Shown: in pieces, positions 1-11,674 of the stretch
How the letters are laid out: each line of letters begins with the position of its first letter
Numbering within the stretch: position 1 is the first letter of the stretch
Assembly (NCBI GenBank): GCA_034520565.1
Contig: JAXHNL010000002.1
Location: forward strand, 1 to 64,000
Source of the DNA: Halodesulfurarchaeum sp.
Lineage (GTDB): Archaea > Halobacteriota > Halobacteria > Halobacteriales > Halobacteriaceae
DNA length: 64,000 nucleotides
Reading direction: 5' to 3'
The notes under the pieces: generated by a model
Told to the model about the DNA's origin: nothing
What the model saw: the letters and a program-made list of their open reading frames with translations, nothing else
The model's database searches: none
Translations under genes and position numbers: made by a program

Positions 1-484
1 GAATACCGACTCCGATCGGGTTCGTTCCGATGACGGGCTCGGCACCGCCATACATGGCGACAGTCGATCCCCCGTTGCACCAGTTCATCCCGATGTAGCC
101 CTCTTCAGCCGCCCGGCGTGGATTATAGCCAGCCGCGAGGAACGGCGTGGCGTTGTTCACGCCGACGATACCGATCCCCTGTGAATCGGCCATCTCCATT
201 GCCAGGTCCATCGCTTCGACGGAGACGTACGTTCCAACTGCTCCGTTGCCTTCGATGAGTCGGAAGCTTTCGGCATCACCGATGACTTCGACGTCGTCTG
301 GCTCCCCGTCTTTCCATCCCTTCAGGTTGGTAACATACGAGGCGCCGATCGTCGTCCGGCCCCGGCAATGGGCATCGACGATCTCGTCTGTGGATATTTT
401 GGCCTCTTCCTCCGAGAACCCTTCGTTTTCAAAAACGCTGTTGACTAGCTCCTCTAAGTCCGCGACTGACAGTTCCATAACCAT
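1..484 (-). CDS. Ldh_2 family (malate/L-lactate/ureidoglycolate/DpkA-type) oxidoreductase; 3' end runs off the window
   Basis: Not in the ORF track; translated by hand from ATG 484/478: MVMELSVADLEELVNSVF...DAHCRG...GIGIVGVNNA...GGAEPVIGTNPIGVGI, with the family GTNP motif. Confidence 0.85.
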   Translation of the reverse strand, partial: MVMELSVADLEELVNSVFENEGFSEEEAKISTDEIVDAHCRGRTTIGASYVTNLKGWKDGEPDDVEVIGDAESFRLIEGNGAVGTYVSVEAMDLAMEMADSQGIGIVGVNNATPFLAAGYNPRRAAEEGYIGMNWCNGGSTVAMYGGAEPVIGTNPIGVGI

Positions 485-713
485 TGATTTATTCGTCAGC
501 GACCGGCTTAAACCTTCGGCACGCGGACCCGGCCAAAGACACTATAGTGGTTGGGAATACCCGAGCCGGGTTGTTTGAGCGGATTTTACAGGAAACTCAC
601 ACTTCGTCACTGGACATAAATCCGGATAACCGTCGATCAACATATTCGAGACTGGTATCCCGTTTTACGCCGACAACCGAAACGAGTCGGTGCAGGTCAA
701 TTCAACAGAGGAG

Positions 714-1718
714 TTACCGTTCCTCCCAACCTCCCGAATAGGAAGGGATAACAGGCGCTTCGAGTCGTTCCAGCTGATCCTCGGTAAGCGAAACGTCAAC
801 GGCACCCACACACTCCTCGAGTTCTTCTATCGTTGTGGGGCCAATGATTACGGAGTCGACAACCTCCTTATGCAAGAGCCAAGCAATGGAAACCTGCACG
901 GGTGTCGTGTCGGTTTCTGTCGCAATTTCCTTTACCACATCGAAAACCGCCCAGTTTTCCTCAGTGTTAAGCCATTTCCATTGACTGTCCCGTCGGTGTC
1001 CGATTCGGCTCGACGATGATGGCATCTCCTCTCTATCGTATGCACCGGCGAGAAACCCCTTTCCAAGTGGTGAATACGGTGTAACACCAAGATTTTCCTG
1101 TATTGCTGGCCGAAGTGCGTTCCATTCCTCCTCTCGGGCAATCAGACTGTATTCTGGTTCAGTGGTGTGAATCGGTTCGTACCCCTCCCGATCAGCAACC
1201 CACAGGGCCTTCATAAGTTGCCATTCGTGGAAGTTGCTGGCACCAAGGTAGCGGACGTCTCCGTTCGAATGGAGGTGGTCGAAAGCTGACAACGTCTCTC
1301 GAATCGGTGTGTCGGGATCCCAGGCATGAGCCATATAGATGTCAATATAATCGATACCAAGCCGATCCATGCTAGCCGAAGCCTGATCAAGCAGGTGTTT
1401 CCTGGAGAGGCCATCCGTATTGGGTCCTGTCCCCATCGGTGCCCATGCTTTCGTTTGTACCACTAGTTCGTCACGGTCGTATTCTGATATTGCCTCCCCG
1501 ACGATCTCCTCGGACTCGCCAGTCGAATATTGGTTTGCCGTGTCGATAAAATTGATACCCAGTTCGATAGCCCGATGTATGATGTCAAGGGAGGTTTCCT
1601 TGTCGTCAAGACATCCTCCCCAGGTTTCCGTCGGTCTTCTTCCGCTTCCAAATAATCCCGTTCCCAATGACAGCGATGACACTTCTAGTCCGGTGGATCC
1701 CAGTTTCCGATAATCCAT
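714..1718 (-). CDS. Aldo/keto reductase
   Basis: MDYRKLGSTGLEVSSLSLGT, GINFIDTANQY, YSPLGKGFL, IIGPT motifs; ATG at 1718 preferred over the TTG at 1766. Confidence 0.93.
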   Translation of the reverse strand: MDYRKLGSTGLEVSSLSLGTGLFGSGRRPTETWGGCLDDKETSLDIIHRAIELGINFIDTANQYSTGESEEIVGEAISEYDRDELVVQTKAWAPMGTGPNTDGLSRKHLLDQASASMDRLGIDYIDIYMAHAWDPDTPIRETLSAFDHLHSNGDVRYLGASNFHEWQLMKALWVADREGYEPIHTTEPEYSLIAREEEWNALRPAIQENLGVTPYSPLGKGFLAGAYDREEMPSSSSRIGHRRDSQWKWLNTEENWAVFDVVKEIATETDTTPVQVSIAWLLHKEVVDSVIIGPTTIEELEECVGAVDVSLTEDQLERLEAPVIPSYSGGWEER

Positions 1719-1820
1719 ACAAGAAATCGTTGTATGATCTAAATATAAAGGTTGGTCTACCGCCAAATATTGCTACCCCTTCGGTAGAACCAAGTAGGAC
1801 GGCGGCAATCGAAACGGTAT

Positions 1821-2639
1821 ATGATAGAGTATCAAGAGTGCACTCAGCGACTCGATGGGAAGGTCGCTGTCGTAACCGGGTCAACCCAAGGAATCGGTCT
1901 GGGGATCGCCCGTCGGTTTTCGGCGGAGGGTGCCAGTGTCGTAATCAATGACCATGGTGCGAACGACGGGGACGCGATTGCGTCGGACGTTGCCGCCCAA
2001 GGCGGAAACGCGACGTACATACAGGCGGACATGGGCAATCCAGAGGACATCGATCGGTTTCTCGATACCGTCGAAGCCGAGTACGGTACCATCGATATTT
2101 TAGTAAATAATGTGGCCAATTTCCGACATGGCCCATTAGCCGAAACAACGCTCCAAGATTGGAAGGACGTAATCGATGTGGCACTTCGGAGCCACTGGTA
2201 TACGACCAAGCAAGCGGTTCCGAGAATGCCAACGGGGGGAAGCGTGATCAATATGTCGTCGGTTCACGCAGTCCAAACTGACCCTGATTGTATTCCCTAC
2301 AACGTGGCGAAAAGTGGTGTCAATGGTCTCACTCGAGCGCTCGCAATCGATCTCGGTCCCAAAAACATCAGAGTGAACGCCATCATGCCCGGTCGGATTT
2401 TGGTCGAACGACTCGCCGATTTCGATACGGAAACAGCAACACTAACAGAATATGAGCAGAAACAAGTAATTGACCCAGTCGGGCGGTTTGGGACCCCGGC
2501 CGATGTCGCGGGACTTGCTGCATACCTCGCGAGCGACGAGTCATCATTTATGACGGGGGCAAGTATCCCGATCGATGGAGGACGGACAGCGGTCCTGAGA
2601 GATCATGACCACGTCGAATGGCGATCTCAAAAACACTGA
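1821..2639 (+). CDS. Short-chain dehydrogenase/reductase (SDR)
   Basis: [11 protein letters not shown]-binding motif, LVNN, YNVAK (YxxxK), DGG near the C-terminus. Confidence 0.93.
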   Translation: MIEYQECTQRLDGKVAVVTGSTQGIGLGIARRFSAEGASVVINDHGANDGDAIASDVAAQGGNATYIQADMGNPEDIDRFLDTVEAEYGTIDILVNNVANFRHGPLAETTLQDWKDVIDVALRSHWYTTKQAVPRMPTGGSVINMSSVHAVQTDPDCIPYNVAKSGVNGLTRALAIDLGPKNIRVNAIMPGRILVERLADFDTETATLTEYEQKQVIDPVGRFGTPADVAGLAAYLASDESSFMTGASIPIDGGRTAVLRDHDHVEWRSQKH

Positions 2640-2967
2640 CTAATCCAAGCGTATTCGAAGGTTCGAGGATCAGAGGGACCATTTGTGACCAGCCTGGCTC
2701 AGATCGAGTTCATACAACCATAGCGGGTTTCCAGTGAGCGACCAATGAGAGTTTTCAGTTGGCAACTCCACTGGTTGATTTTATCCTACAGTAAATTCGG
2801 AATCAAAGTGAAGGATTCGAATCCGGGTCTTGTGGCAAATGACGGTTGTAAACGAGTACCGCCGTGATTACCCGGGATCAGAGATCGTTACGGATGTATT
2901 ATTGATGAGTTTGATCTTACCTGTGATCGTGTGCTCGCCATGATTTCGTCGATTATTCTAGGTAGTG

Positions 2968-2980
2968 AAAGAGTTAAGAG
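2968..2980 (+). promoter_or_regulatory. Putative BRE/TATA promoter of the amidohydrolase (leaderless)
   Basis: GAAAGAGTTAAG, with TTAAG about 27 nt upstream of ATG 3003, the typical haloarchaeal spacing. Confidence 0.45.
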
Positions 2981-3002
2981 TGGTCATGCGAAATGATGTC
3001 TT

Positions 3003-4298
3003 ATGGCTCAAGAGCAGCCGATATCGTCAGAAACGAATATCGAGGAGTCCCAATCGAAACTGATCACCGGAGGTCCGGTCTTCGATGGGAAAGATTCATC
3101 AGTCGATTCGGATATTTCGATTCTTGTTCAAGACGAACAGATCACGGACGTTGGCCCAGAAGCCGAATTGGACTATTCTTCGGAAGACACCGAAATAATC
3201 GATGTCGATGGTGCGACGATCATGCCTGGCATCGTCGACGCACACACACACCTGACAATTTTTAACTCCCGTGTCAGGGGTCGGTATCGGTTGAGCGATC
3301 CGAAGAACAGTCTACCGTACAATACAATCCGGGCCATGGAGAACGTCCGAGCTTACCTGGAAAAAGGGGTTACGGCCCAGCGAGAAGTCGGTGGGCGGGA
3401 GTACATTTCGGTCAGTATTCGAGATGCAATCGAAGAGGGTCGTATTCCCGGGCCTCGGGTGCAACCGAGCGGGCCGATACTCACGCCAACAGCTGGTCTC
3501 GATGACAAGCGGCCGTATTTCGTGGAGGGAAACCTTGCGAATGGGTGGGAAGTCAACGGAGAAACCGAAATTATCCAGGCCGTTCGTGAGCAATACAAAG
3601 CGGGTGTTGCCACGATAAAGCTCGACGCGAGTGGAGCCTGGACAGCGTTTTCGAGTTCGACCACGCCCACTATGACTGAGCCGGAAATCGCGGCGGCAGT
3701 CGGGGAGGCTCATAAATTCGGAATTCGGGTCGCCGCCCACGCTCAAGCCACTGAAGGTATTAAGAATGCGGTCCGTGCTGGCGTCGATACTGTGGAACAC
3801 GCGACGTATATCGACGACGAAGCGTTAGACCTCCTCGTGGAGAATGACGTGTACGTGATCCCGACACTCATTCCATTCGTCGAGTTTCTCAAAGCTGACG
3901 ACGCTGTGGAGATGAATGACTCCCAGCAGGCTCAGCTCGAGGCGGATCGCGAGGCACAGCTCGATAGCTTCCGTCGGGCTCAAGAACGTGGGGTAAAATT
4001 GGCTGTCGGATCCGATGCGATTCCACCACTGGTTTCTCACGGTGACACGTATCGGGAAATTGCTCTCTTCGTCAAGCACGGATTCTCTCCGGGGGACGCC
4101 TTGGTTGCAGCGACGAAGAATAGTGCCGAAGCACTCGCAATCGACGCGGACGTGGGTACTCTTGAACCAGGGAAGTTGGCCGATCTCATTGTGATCGACG
4201 GGGACCCCCTCGATGACATTTCGGTGTTAGGAGACAGTACGAACCCACAAATCGTCATGAAAGGTGGCACGATCATGAAGGACCGGCGGTCAGAGTGA
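3003..4298 (+). CDS. Metal-dependent amidohydrolase (Xaa-Pro dipeptidase/ochratoxinase-like subgroup)
   Basis: MPGIVDAHTH, IKL (carboxylated Lys), AAHA, EHATY, GSD, GTLEPGKLADL. Confidence 0.9.
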   Translation: MAQEQPISSETNIEESQSKLITGGPVFDGKDSSVDSDISILVQDEQITDVGPEAELDYSSEDTEIIDVDGATIMPGIVDAHTHLTIFNSRVRGRYRLSDPKNSLPYNTIRAMENVRAYLEKGVTAQREVGGREYISVSIRDAIEEGRIPGPRVQPSGPILTPTAGLDDKRPYFVEGNLANGWEVNGETEIIQAVREQYKAGVATIKLDASGAWTAFSSSTTPTMTEPEIAAAVGEAHKFGIRVAAHAQATEGIKNAVRAGVDTVEHATYIDDEALDLLVENDVYVIPTLIPFVEFLKADDAVEMNDSQQAQLEADREAQLDSFRRAQERGVKLAVGSDAIPPLVSHGDTYREIALFVKHGFSPGDALVAATKNSAEALAIDADVGTLEPGKLADLIVIDGDPLDDISVLGDSTNPQIVMKGGTIMKDRRSE

Positions 4299-4585
4299 AC
4301 CTGGTTTCGTGAATAGCAGGGTTCGGCCCTGTTTGAACGGGTGTATTCAAGGGATTGAGGCTTCGTAACCGATTCGGAATTTCTGACTGCATATTTCAGG
4401 ACGGGTTTTTGAAATTGCCCGAACGAGGTCCGAGTTCGCAGCCGAAGCAAAGGGACAAGTGAGGAAATTATTCACTCAGAACGGGACAGGGATCCGGAGA
4501 CAAGTAAAAGACGAATAGATCCACACAAAACCGATACATAACATACCATAAAAATTCGTAAAGAACCATTTCCGTTGAATTTCGG

Positions 4586-5926
4586 TTATCGCCAAATATC
4601 GAGAAGATCCCGAACTGTTCCATTCTCGTCCTGAAGAGACTCGTAGAGACTTTCCACAGTCCCATCTCCCCATTCACTATCGATTAAAACCCGCTGTTTC
4701 TCGAAGTACTCGTCGTCGGTTAACGGTCGTTCGCGGGAGCCTCGAGGACTCGTGAGTTCTGACGCGTATGTCTGGTCATTGACGTCAATTTCGATTCGGG
4801 AAATTGACTTCTCCGAATAGACATCCTGTGCCTCCTCATCCTGATGGAGACTGATCTTGTCGATCAATTCTCTAACTGCCTTGTCGTTCCGCCGCTCCTC
4901 GTTGAGATCTGCTGGAACCAGCCAATCGTTTTTCAGGAGAGCGACTGCGAGGATATAGGGATACGAATACTCAGCTTCGTCCGGGTTATCGGGTCGCTTG
5001 GTAGTGAGTTCGATTGCTTTTTGATGACTGTACGCTCTCACAGCGTCGATGTCTTCTGGATCGAACTCGTGCTCGGACCGTAATTCGAATGCGGCGTCAA
5101 CGCTTGAATGAACCCACCGACAGGCTGGATACGGCTTGTAGTAGCTTTCCAAAACGAGGTACTCGTCGCCGAGTGAATCTAGGGGTTCGGGGTTTGCATC
5201 TTCTTCGTCGAAGACGAGTCCGGAGCCGCCAAGACCACGTTTTGCAACTTCGGCAGCCATCGAACCGACGTAGCCACCCCATCCAATACCATCTTTTGTG
5301 AAGGCACTACCAGGGTTAGCGACACTTCGCATTACAGGTGCTATAGGGGCATTGTATTCGGCAATTCCAAGGGCGTCTGCAGTCGTTTCCGTGTCGAAAT
5401 CGAGAATCCGAGCGATCGCCGCTGCCGCCCCGACCGCCCCCCATGAACCACTTCCATTGTACATCCCGGTCCATTCTTTGAGTGTAAGTGCGGTCCGCGC
5501 CCCGATCTCATATCCGACAAGTACTCCATCAAGGAACTCTTCGATGGACACGTCCTCTTGCTCTGCCGCCGCTAACGCCGCCGGAACCACGGTTGCAGCT
5601 GGATGCCCCTCGGCAACCCGACTGCCATCATCGATGTCCAGGGCGTTCGCAGCGAGACCGTTTGCGAGAGTCGTGCCTTCGAGACATAACTGCCGTCCAG
5701 ATCCATCGAGAAGGGTGCTCTTTCCGTTCGCGAACCGATCGACCGCGTAGTCTGTTGAGACGTCCATCCGTTCCACTCGGTGTCCGGCGACCATTGCCCC
5801 AATAGTGTCGAGTACTCTTCGGCGAACCGATTCGGAGACATTCGATGGAGCGTCGGCAATCGTCTCCTCGTGGATGTATGAGACGACTTTTTCTGCGTGT
5901 TCGCTTCGGGTATCGGGAGTCGACAT
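4586..5926 (-). CDS. MmgE/PrpD family protein
   Basis: LDTIGAMVAG, NALDIDDG...GHP, VGYEIG, YKPYPACRWVH, PRGSRERPL; ATG at 5926 (MSTPD). Confidence 0.92.
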   Translation of the reverse strand: MSTPDTRSEHAEKVVSYIHEETIADAPSNVSESVRRRVLDTIGAMVAGHRVERMDVSTDYAVDRFANGKSTLLDGSGRQLCLEGTTLANGLAANALDIDDGSRVAEGHPAATVVPAALAAAEQEDVSIEEFLDGVLVGYEIGARTALTLKEWTGMYNGSGSWGAVGAAAAIARILDFDTETTADALGIAEYNAPIAPVMRSVANPGSAFTKDGIGWGGYVGSMAAEVAKRGLGGSGLVFDEEDANPEPLDSLGDEYLVLESYYKPYPACRWVHSSVDAAFELRSEHEFDPEDIDAVRAYSHQKAIELTTKRPDNPDEAEYSYPYILAVALLKNDWLVPADLNEERRNDKAVRELIDKISLHQDEEAQDVYSEKSISRIEIDVNDQTYASELTSPRGSRERPLTDDEYFEKQRVLIDSEWGDGTVESLYESLQDENGTVRDLLDIWR

Positions 5927-6049
5927 GTGGATAAATGCGGTCTGGGTAAAGGTGAATCTTTGGGTTAGCTTGACGTGGTAAAATATATCATTTCTCAATC
6001 AAGACCGAATGGAGCAAACTGGTAGAGATACCGATGTTCAGTGGGTGCA

Positions 6050-7268
6050 CTAGAATCCAGCTGTGTTATCCGTGGCATGAGCGGCTACTTCGTCGGAATC
6101 CAGCTTTATTCCGAGACCGGGACCATCTGGAACCTCGATATATCCGTCCCTCACAAGCGGATTCGAGCGAACAAGGAGGTCGTCCCACCACGGGATATCT
6201 CTTGCGTGAAACTCCAGAACCCCGAAGTTTGGGACTGCTGCACCGAGATGGACCAGTGCCATCGTCCCAATTGGACTACAGACGTTGTGAGGCGAAAACA
6301 CGATGTAATTCTCCTCGGCTCGGTTCGCAATCGCCTTCGACTCGGCCAGTCCTCCACAAGCCGTTGGGTCGGGGGTAATGACATCGACGCCGAACTCGTA
6401 GAGAAGTTCACGGAACTCGTGAACGCGATACCGGTTCTCACCGGCTGCAATGGGGGTACTGGTCGTTCGTGTCACCTCCCGCTGGGCGGCCATGTTCTCT
6501 GGTGGAATGACATCCTCGAGCCACATGAGATCGTACGGTTCCAGTGACCGGGCGAGACGCTTTGCCGAGTCCAGCGAATAATCCCAGTGACTGTCAAAGG
6601 CCAAATCGACGGACGGCCCAACTGTTTCTCGAACCCGTTTTACGATATCGACTTTTTTGCCGAGTGACTCGTTGTCCAACCGGCCATTATATGGGTCTGG
6701 TTCGTTGTCCATCGGGATATCCAGGTCAAACTTCAATGCGGTAAATCCCTCCTCGAGAACCTGCTGGGCGGTTTGGGCATACGCGTCAGGTGAATACGTC
6801 TCGGGATTGTGGTAGGACTGGGATCCGTCCTCGACCTCGAGTGCTGCCCCGGCGTGGGCGTCTGCATACACGCGGATCGAGTTTCGGTACTTGCCCCCTA
6901 AAAGCTGATAGACGGGAACATCGAGTATCTTTCCAGCGGCGTCCCAGAGCGCGATCTCGATACCGGAGACAGCAGTCACTGCCTTCCCCGTCGTTCCACC
7001 GTGACCCGACGTTTCCTGTACCAGCAACCGAAATAACCGTTCGACATCTAACGGGTTCTCACCGACGAGAAACCGTTCCATGTACTCGATAATGTCCGTG
7101 ATCCCGCCTCCACGATAGGCCTCTCCGACACCAACGGTTCCCACGTCGGTCCGAACTTTGACCAGGTTCCAATCAACGTTTGCCGGAAGAACGGCTGTCT
7201 CGATTCCGGTGACCTCGACCGATCCGGTGTCACCCCGAACCAAACCCCGAGCCCGAGAAATCCCTCAT
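6050..7268 (-). CDS. Mandelate racemase/muconate-lactonizing (enolase superfamily) acid-sugar dehydratase-like protein; +1 indel near 7244
   Basis: SGIEIALWD, PVYQLLGG, KFD, DSHW, LED, GEN, HN motifs. Likely start is ATG 7268 (MRDFSGSG, after GGAGA), one base out of frame with the ORF body. Confidence 0.88.
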
Positions 7269-7602
7269 TGTCGTTTCTCCTTGGAATAACAGTCGTCCAG
7301 CGGCTCATGCAGCCGGGGCAATTTCTGGCGTCGCCGGTTCAACGGTGTGACCATGCCGTCGATATTCGGGGTAACCCCATAATAATACTCGCCACACAGC
7401 AATTTCGCTGAATAACTCGAGTTCATCAAGCCATCTCATGGCAAATCGATGGTGAGCTTAATGATGGAAACAAAAACCCGGGCGGACCGTTGATAGGAAA
7501 GAGATTGTCCCAGACAGCACAGTTCCATTGGAGAAGCCGTCACTGACAAAGTTTGACCCAACCTATCCAAGGAATTTTGATAGTGTTGTGACGGCTTCAA
7601 CC

Positions 7603-7613
7603 AAAAAAAAAAA
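7603..7613 (-). terminator. Putative oligo-T terminator of the binding-protein gene
   Basis: T11 run on the minus strand, 34 nt after the stop at 7647. Confidence 0.5.
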
Positions 7614-7646
7614 CCAGAAAAATTAGTGGGGGATTTCGAAGTTCAG

Positions 7647-9335
7647 TTACGGCCCCAAAGGCGCATCTGAAGTCAACCAGGCGTCCTCGTAGTACGAGCG
7701 CTCGTTGGTGAAGGGAAGTTCGACGTCCTTCACGTAATCGTTCCAGGCGCCATAGATATCCACAAAAGCCGTGTTGAGCCACGGACCATCGAGGTGGAGT
7801 ATCTGTTGGCACTGCTTGATCTCTTCACGCTTCGTATCTGCGTCCGTAGCCTTCATCGCCGCTTCGAGGTGCTGATCGTATTCCGAATTGTTGTATCTCG
7901 CCGAATTCCAGCTGGATTCACTGTGGAATGCGAGCTCCAATATACTCGTCTCAACAGCTCGAGCGGCCCATCCGCTGAAGTACCAGGCTTCGTCTTTGTT
8001 CCAATAGTCAGTGAGCCACGTATCCGTTGTGATGAGTTGCAACTCGAAATCGATACCGGCTGCCCGCATCTGTTGCTGGAAGAGTTGGGCCTGTGGTTCC
8101 TTCTCCGGGGTACTTTCCTTCGAGAACGTCAGTGTCGGGAGTTCCAAGAGCGTGTCACCAGAGTATCCCTCGTCTTCTAGCAGTTCCCGTGCCTTCTCGG
8201 GTTTGGCTTCAATCCCGAACGGATCGTCAATGTCATCGGCAAAGAACTTGTGCATCGGTGACACTGAATGATGATAGCCAAGCGCACCTCCGGGAATGGC
8301 ATCTAGGATCTCCTGTTTGTCCAAAGCGTATTTGAGGGCTTTCCGGACGTTCGGGTTATCAAATGGTTCCATATCAACGTTCAGAAGCACGTTGATAAGC
8401 TCCATTGATGGAACACCATAAAGACTCGAATGTTCGCTCTGTTCGAACCGATTTGCGAACCGATGATCCGCCTGCAAAATACCATCGTATCGTTGGTCGA
8501 TCAATCCGTTCGTTGCCGCAAGGGCGTCAGAAACGATTTCGGCCTCAATCGTGTCGACGTACGGAATTCGATTGCCATTATTATCAACCCCGTGATAATC
8601 ATCCCTCGCCTCGAAGATGTATTTGTTGCCTCCCACCAATTCTGAGAACTGGAACGGACCACTTCCGAAGTCGGTTGTTGACAACTCGTCATAGCGATTT
8701 TCGATGATGTCTTTTGAAACAATATTGAACGAACTCCCGGTCTCCGAGATACGTCTCGGATACTCTGTATCCGGTGAATCAAGGTTGATACGGACGGTTT
8801 TATCGTCTACAACCTCGGCATCAGTTGCCCCGCCGAGGAAACGATCAGCAGTCGGCACGTCGTCCCCATGCATCATGAGGTCAACCGTCGCCACCACGTC
8901 AGCTGCGGTAACGGGATCACCCGTTGGCCATACGGCATCCTCGTGGAGGAAGAACGTCCAGGCATCCATCGAATCATTTGGCTCCCAATCCGTCGCCAGA
9001 TCCGGCTGTGCCGTGGTATTTTCGTGGTGGAGAACGGTCAACCGGGAGTACATCAGTTCTGAGAAAGCATAATCCGTAGCAGACACACCCTTCAGAGGGT
9101 GAATGTTGTTCAATTGCTGTGGGACCGTGAATCGGAGGGTCCCCCCACGGGTTATCTCGCCACTATCTGTAGTGCCCGTCGCGTCATCCGAACTGCTTTC
9201 TGTTGTCGTTACATTGTCCGTGGGCTCCGAACCAGAACACCCGGCAAGGGTGGCAAGTCCGCCGACACCCATCCACTTCAAGTACGATCGTCGGGAAGAG
9301 GGTGCCATATCGTTGAGCCTGTCCATGTTAGTCAT
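7647..9335 (-). CDS. ABC transporter substrate-binding protein, family 5 (Opp/Dpp-type), Tat lipoprotein
   Basis: SRRSYLK twin-arginine signal, LAGC lipobox, PDLATDW, GSGPF, PFDNPNVRKAL. Start is ATG 9335 or 9326. Confidence 0.92.
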   Translation of the reverse strand: MTNMDRLNDMAPSSRRSYLKWMGVGGLATLAGCSGSEPTDNVTTTESSSDDATGTTDSGEITRGGTLRFTVPQQLNNIHPLKGVSATDYAFSELMYSRLTVLHHENTTAQPDLATDWEPNDSMDAWTFFLHEDAVWPTGDPVTAADVVATVDLMMHGDDVPTADRFLGGATDAEVVDDKTVRINLDSPDTEYPRRISETGSSFNIVSKDIIENRYDELSTTDFGSGPFQFSELVGGNKYIFEARDDYHGVDNNGNRIPYVDTIEAEIVSDALAATNGLIDQRYDGILQADHRFANRFEQSEHSSLYGVPSMELINVLLNVDMEPFDNPNVRKALKYALDKQEILDAIPGGALGYHHSVSPMHKFFADDIDDPFGIEAKPEKARELLEDEGYSGDTLLELPTLTFSKESTPEKEPQAQLFQQQMRAAGIDFELQLITTDTWLTDYWNKDEAWYFSGWAARAVETSILELAFHSESSWNSARYNNSEYDQHLEAAMKATDADTKREEIKQCQQILHLDGPWLNTAFVDIYGAWNDYVKDVELPFTNERSYYEDAWLTSDAPLGP

Positions 9336-9958
9336 TCTTTTACGCGCTCCAGTAAGATCGTAGTAGTTGCTAGTATATAATTGTTCTGTCGGGGGACTCA
9401 ATCAAAACCGATGATCGAAGCAGTTGCGATCCGACGAATTCGAAGAACCGCAGAGAAACCACTCAGGACACCAGAGAAATATAACTGATGCTCGCGCGTG
9501 CGAGCCTGAATTCGTATTTTCTTGGTGTTTCTAATTCCACTGCTTTGCAGTGGATAAGGATCCAAAGTCCGAATTTCCTTACAGAGAAAATCAGAATGGG
9601 TGCTTTGATGGTCCGGAACAATGTTCGAAACGAAAGCTGGCACGTCTCACAATTTGCAACAATGATACTACTTTTTTGAAACGCTACTACTCGATGAACG
9701 GCCTGAAATTTTTTCGCGAAAATAAACGGTAGGGCATCACGGTAGAGAGTACGTAGTGGTCGGCAAGCCAACTCCGTTGCCGTTATCACCTTTTTTAACT
9801 AGATCGGTTTCGCTGGCTTCTCGAACAAGAGATTATTAAATTACAAACCGTTGCGGTCTGAGAAGCAAACAGCCGTTTTTCGGTTCCTGACTGGTTACAG
9901 TTATATTATCTTAGAGATGGAATGATTTATGTGTATCCGCCCCTGAGGATTGTTCACA

Positions 9959-11674
9959 ATGAGGTTGACAAAGGTGAGTGACTCGGGAGAGTCTGTAGAA
10001 GTTAGAGGGTCGACACGGAGAAAATATCTGCAAGTACTTGGCCTCGGCGGACTTGCAGCCTTCGCGGGATGTTCGGGCCAAGACGAAGAGCAGCCCACGC
10101 AAACGACGACCGAATCCGGGACTCCGAGTGACTCCACGGAGACGACGACAAAAGAGGAATCCGATAGCCTCTATGGTGGCACCCTCCGTTTGGTAATGCC
10201 CCAGGTTCTGGTAAATCAAAGCCCTTACAAAGGAGTGTCCGGGACGGACTACGTCCTCCGAGAGATGATGTACTCTCGCATGACCGAACTCAACCTTCAA
10301 GACACGACTGCGATCCCGCAGCTCGCGACGAGCTGGGAACCCAACGACGAATTTGACGAGTTCACGTTTGACATTCATCCCGATGCGAAATTTGCCAATG
10401 GCGAGCCAGTAACGGCATCCGACATCAGACGTTCCGTCGATTACCTCGCAAACGATCTCGAAGGCGGAGCACAGTTCCTGTTCGGATTAGAAAAAGCGGT
10501 GGTTATCGACGATAAAACCGTTCGATTCGATCTCGACGGTCCGGACACGGAGTATCCCAGACGAATGGCTGAAACGGGAAGTAATTTCGTTATCGCACCA
10601 AAATCCGTTCTAGATGACGACCCAACCAGGCTGGAAAACGAGGACCTAGGTAGCGGTCCGTTCAATCTGGTCGGCGGGACTGGTGGTGAGAATTACGTCT
10701 TGGAAAGCCGTGATGATTACCATCTTACCGACGGGGATGGAAACAAATTGCCATTCCTCGATCAAATGAACGTCGTCGTGGTCTCTGAACAGCTTGCGGC
10801 CACGAATGGGATGATCGATACACGCTATGACGGAATTCAGCAAGGAGATCAGCGATTCCAAAACCGGTTCAACCAAAACGTACATTCGAGCCTTTATGGC
10901 TACGAATCGCCGAAGCTCCTCAACGTGCTCCTGAATGTTGAACATGAACCATTTGATAATCCGAATGTTCGCAAAGCACTCAAATATGCATTGGACCAAG
11001 AAGAGATGCTGGCAGGAATCAATGGGAACGGAGCATTGGGATACCACCATAACGTCTCCCCCATCCACAAATACTTCGCTGACGATATCGACGACCCATT
11101 CACTACACAAGCAAAGCCTGAGGAAGCAAGGGAATTACTTGAACAGGAGGGTTACTCCGGGGACCCCTTACTTGAGCTGCCGACATTCGTATACTCCACG
11201 GATTGGCCAGAAAAAGAGGTTCACGTCCAACTGTTCCAACAGCAAATGCGAGCTGCCGGTATTGAATTCGATATACAGCAAGTAACTGGAGATATCTATT
11301 TGACCGAATACTGGAACAAGGACGAACCCTGGTACTTCAGTTCCTGGGGCCCTCGAGCTATTGGATCAACCGTGATGGAACTCGCATTCCACAGCGAATC
11401 CAGCTGGAATTCGGCGAGATACAGCAACCCGGAATTCGACGAAGTATTTGAAACAATGGCAAATGCAACTGATCCGGATGTGAAACGGGAGAAGATGAAA
11501 GAAGCCCAGCAGATCCTTCATCTCGACGGCCCGTGGCTCGTCACGAGCTTCCTGAATACGTTTGGTGCCTGGAATGACTACGTTGAGAATGTCGATATTG
11601 GGTTCTCCAACGAGAAGTCCTACTTCCACAATGCCCGACTGACAGAGGGGGCACCGAAAGGACCGTCACCGTAA
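9959..11674 (+). CDS. ABC transporter substrate-binding protein, family 5, Tat lipoprotein (paralogue of 7647-9335)
   Basis: TRRKYL signal, FAGC lipobox, PQLATSW, GSGPF, PFDNPNVRKAL. Confidence 0.92.
   Translation: MRLTKVSDSGESVEVRGSTRRKYLQVLGLGGLAAFAGCSGQDEEQPTQTTTESGTPSDSTETTTKEESDSLYGGTLRLVMPQVLVNQSPYKGVSGTDYVLREMMYSRMTELNLQDTTAIPQLATSWEPNDEFDEFTFDIHPDAKFANGEPVTASDIRRSVDYLANDLEGGAQFLFGLEKAVVIDDKTVRFDLDGPDTEYPRRMAETGSNFVIAPKSVLDDDPTRLENEDLGSGPFNLVGGTGGENYVLESRDDYHLTDGDGNKLPFLDQMNVVVVSEQLAATNGMIDTRYDGIQQGDQRFQNRFNQNVHSSLYGYESPKLLNVLLNVEHEPFDNPNVRKALKYALDQEEMLAGINGNGALGYHHNVSPIHKYFADDIDDPFTTQAKPEEARELLEQEGYSGDPLLELPTFVYSTDWPEKEVHVQLFQQQMRAAGIEFDIQQVTGDIYLTEYWNKDEPWYFSSWGPRAIGSTVMELAFHSESSWNSARYSNPEFDEVFETMANATDPDVKREKMKEAQQILHLDGPWLVTSFLNTFGAWNDYVENVDIGFSNEKSYFHNARLTEGAPKGPSP

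Noticed and set aside
9711-9722. Palindrome TTTTCGCGAAAA between the divergent binding-protein genes
   Set aside because: A single 12-bp palindrome with no second copy found, so chance cannot be excluded.
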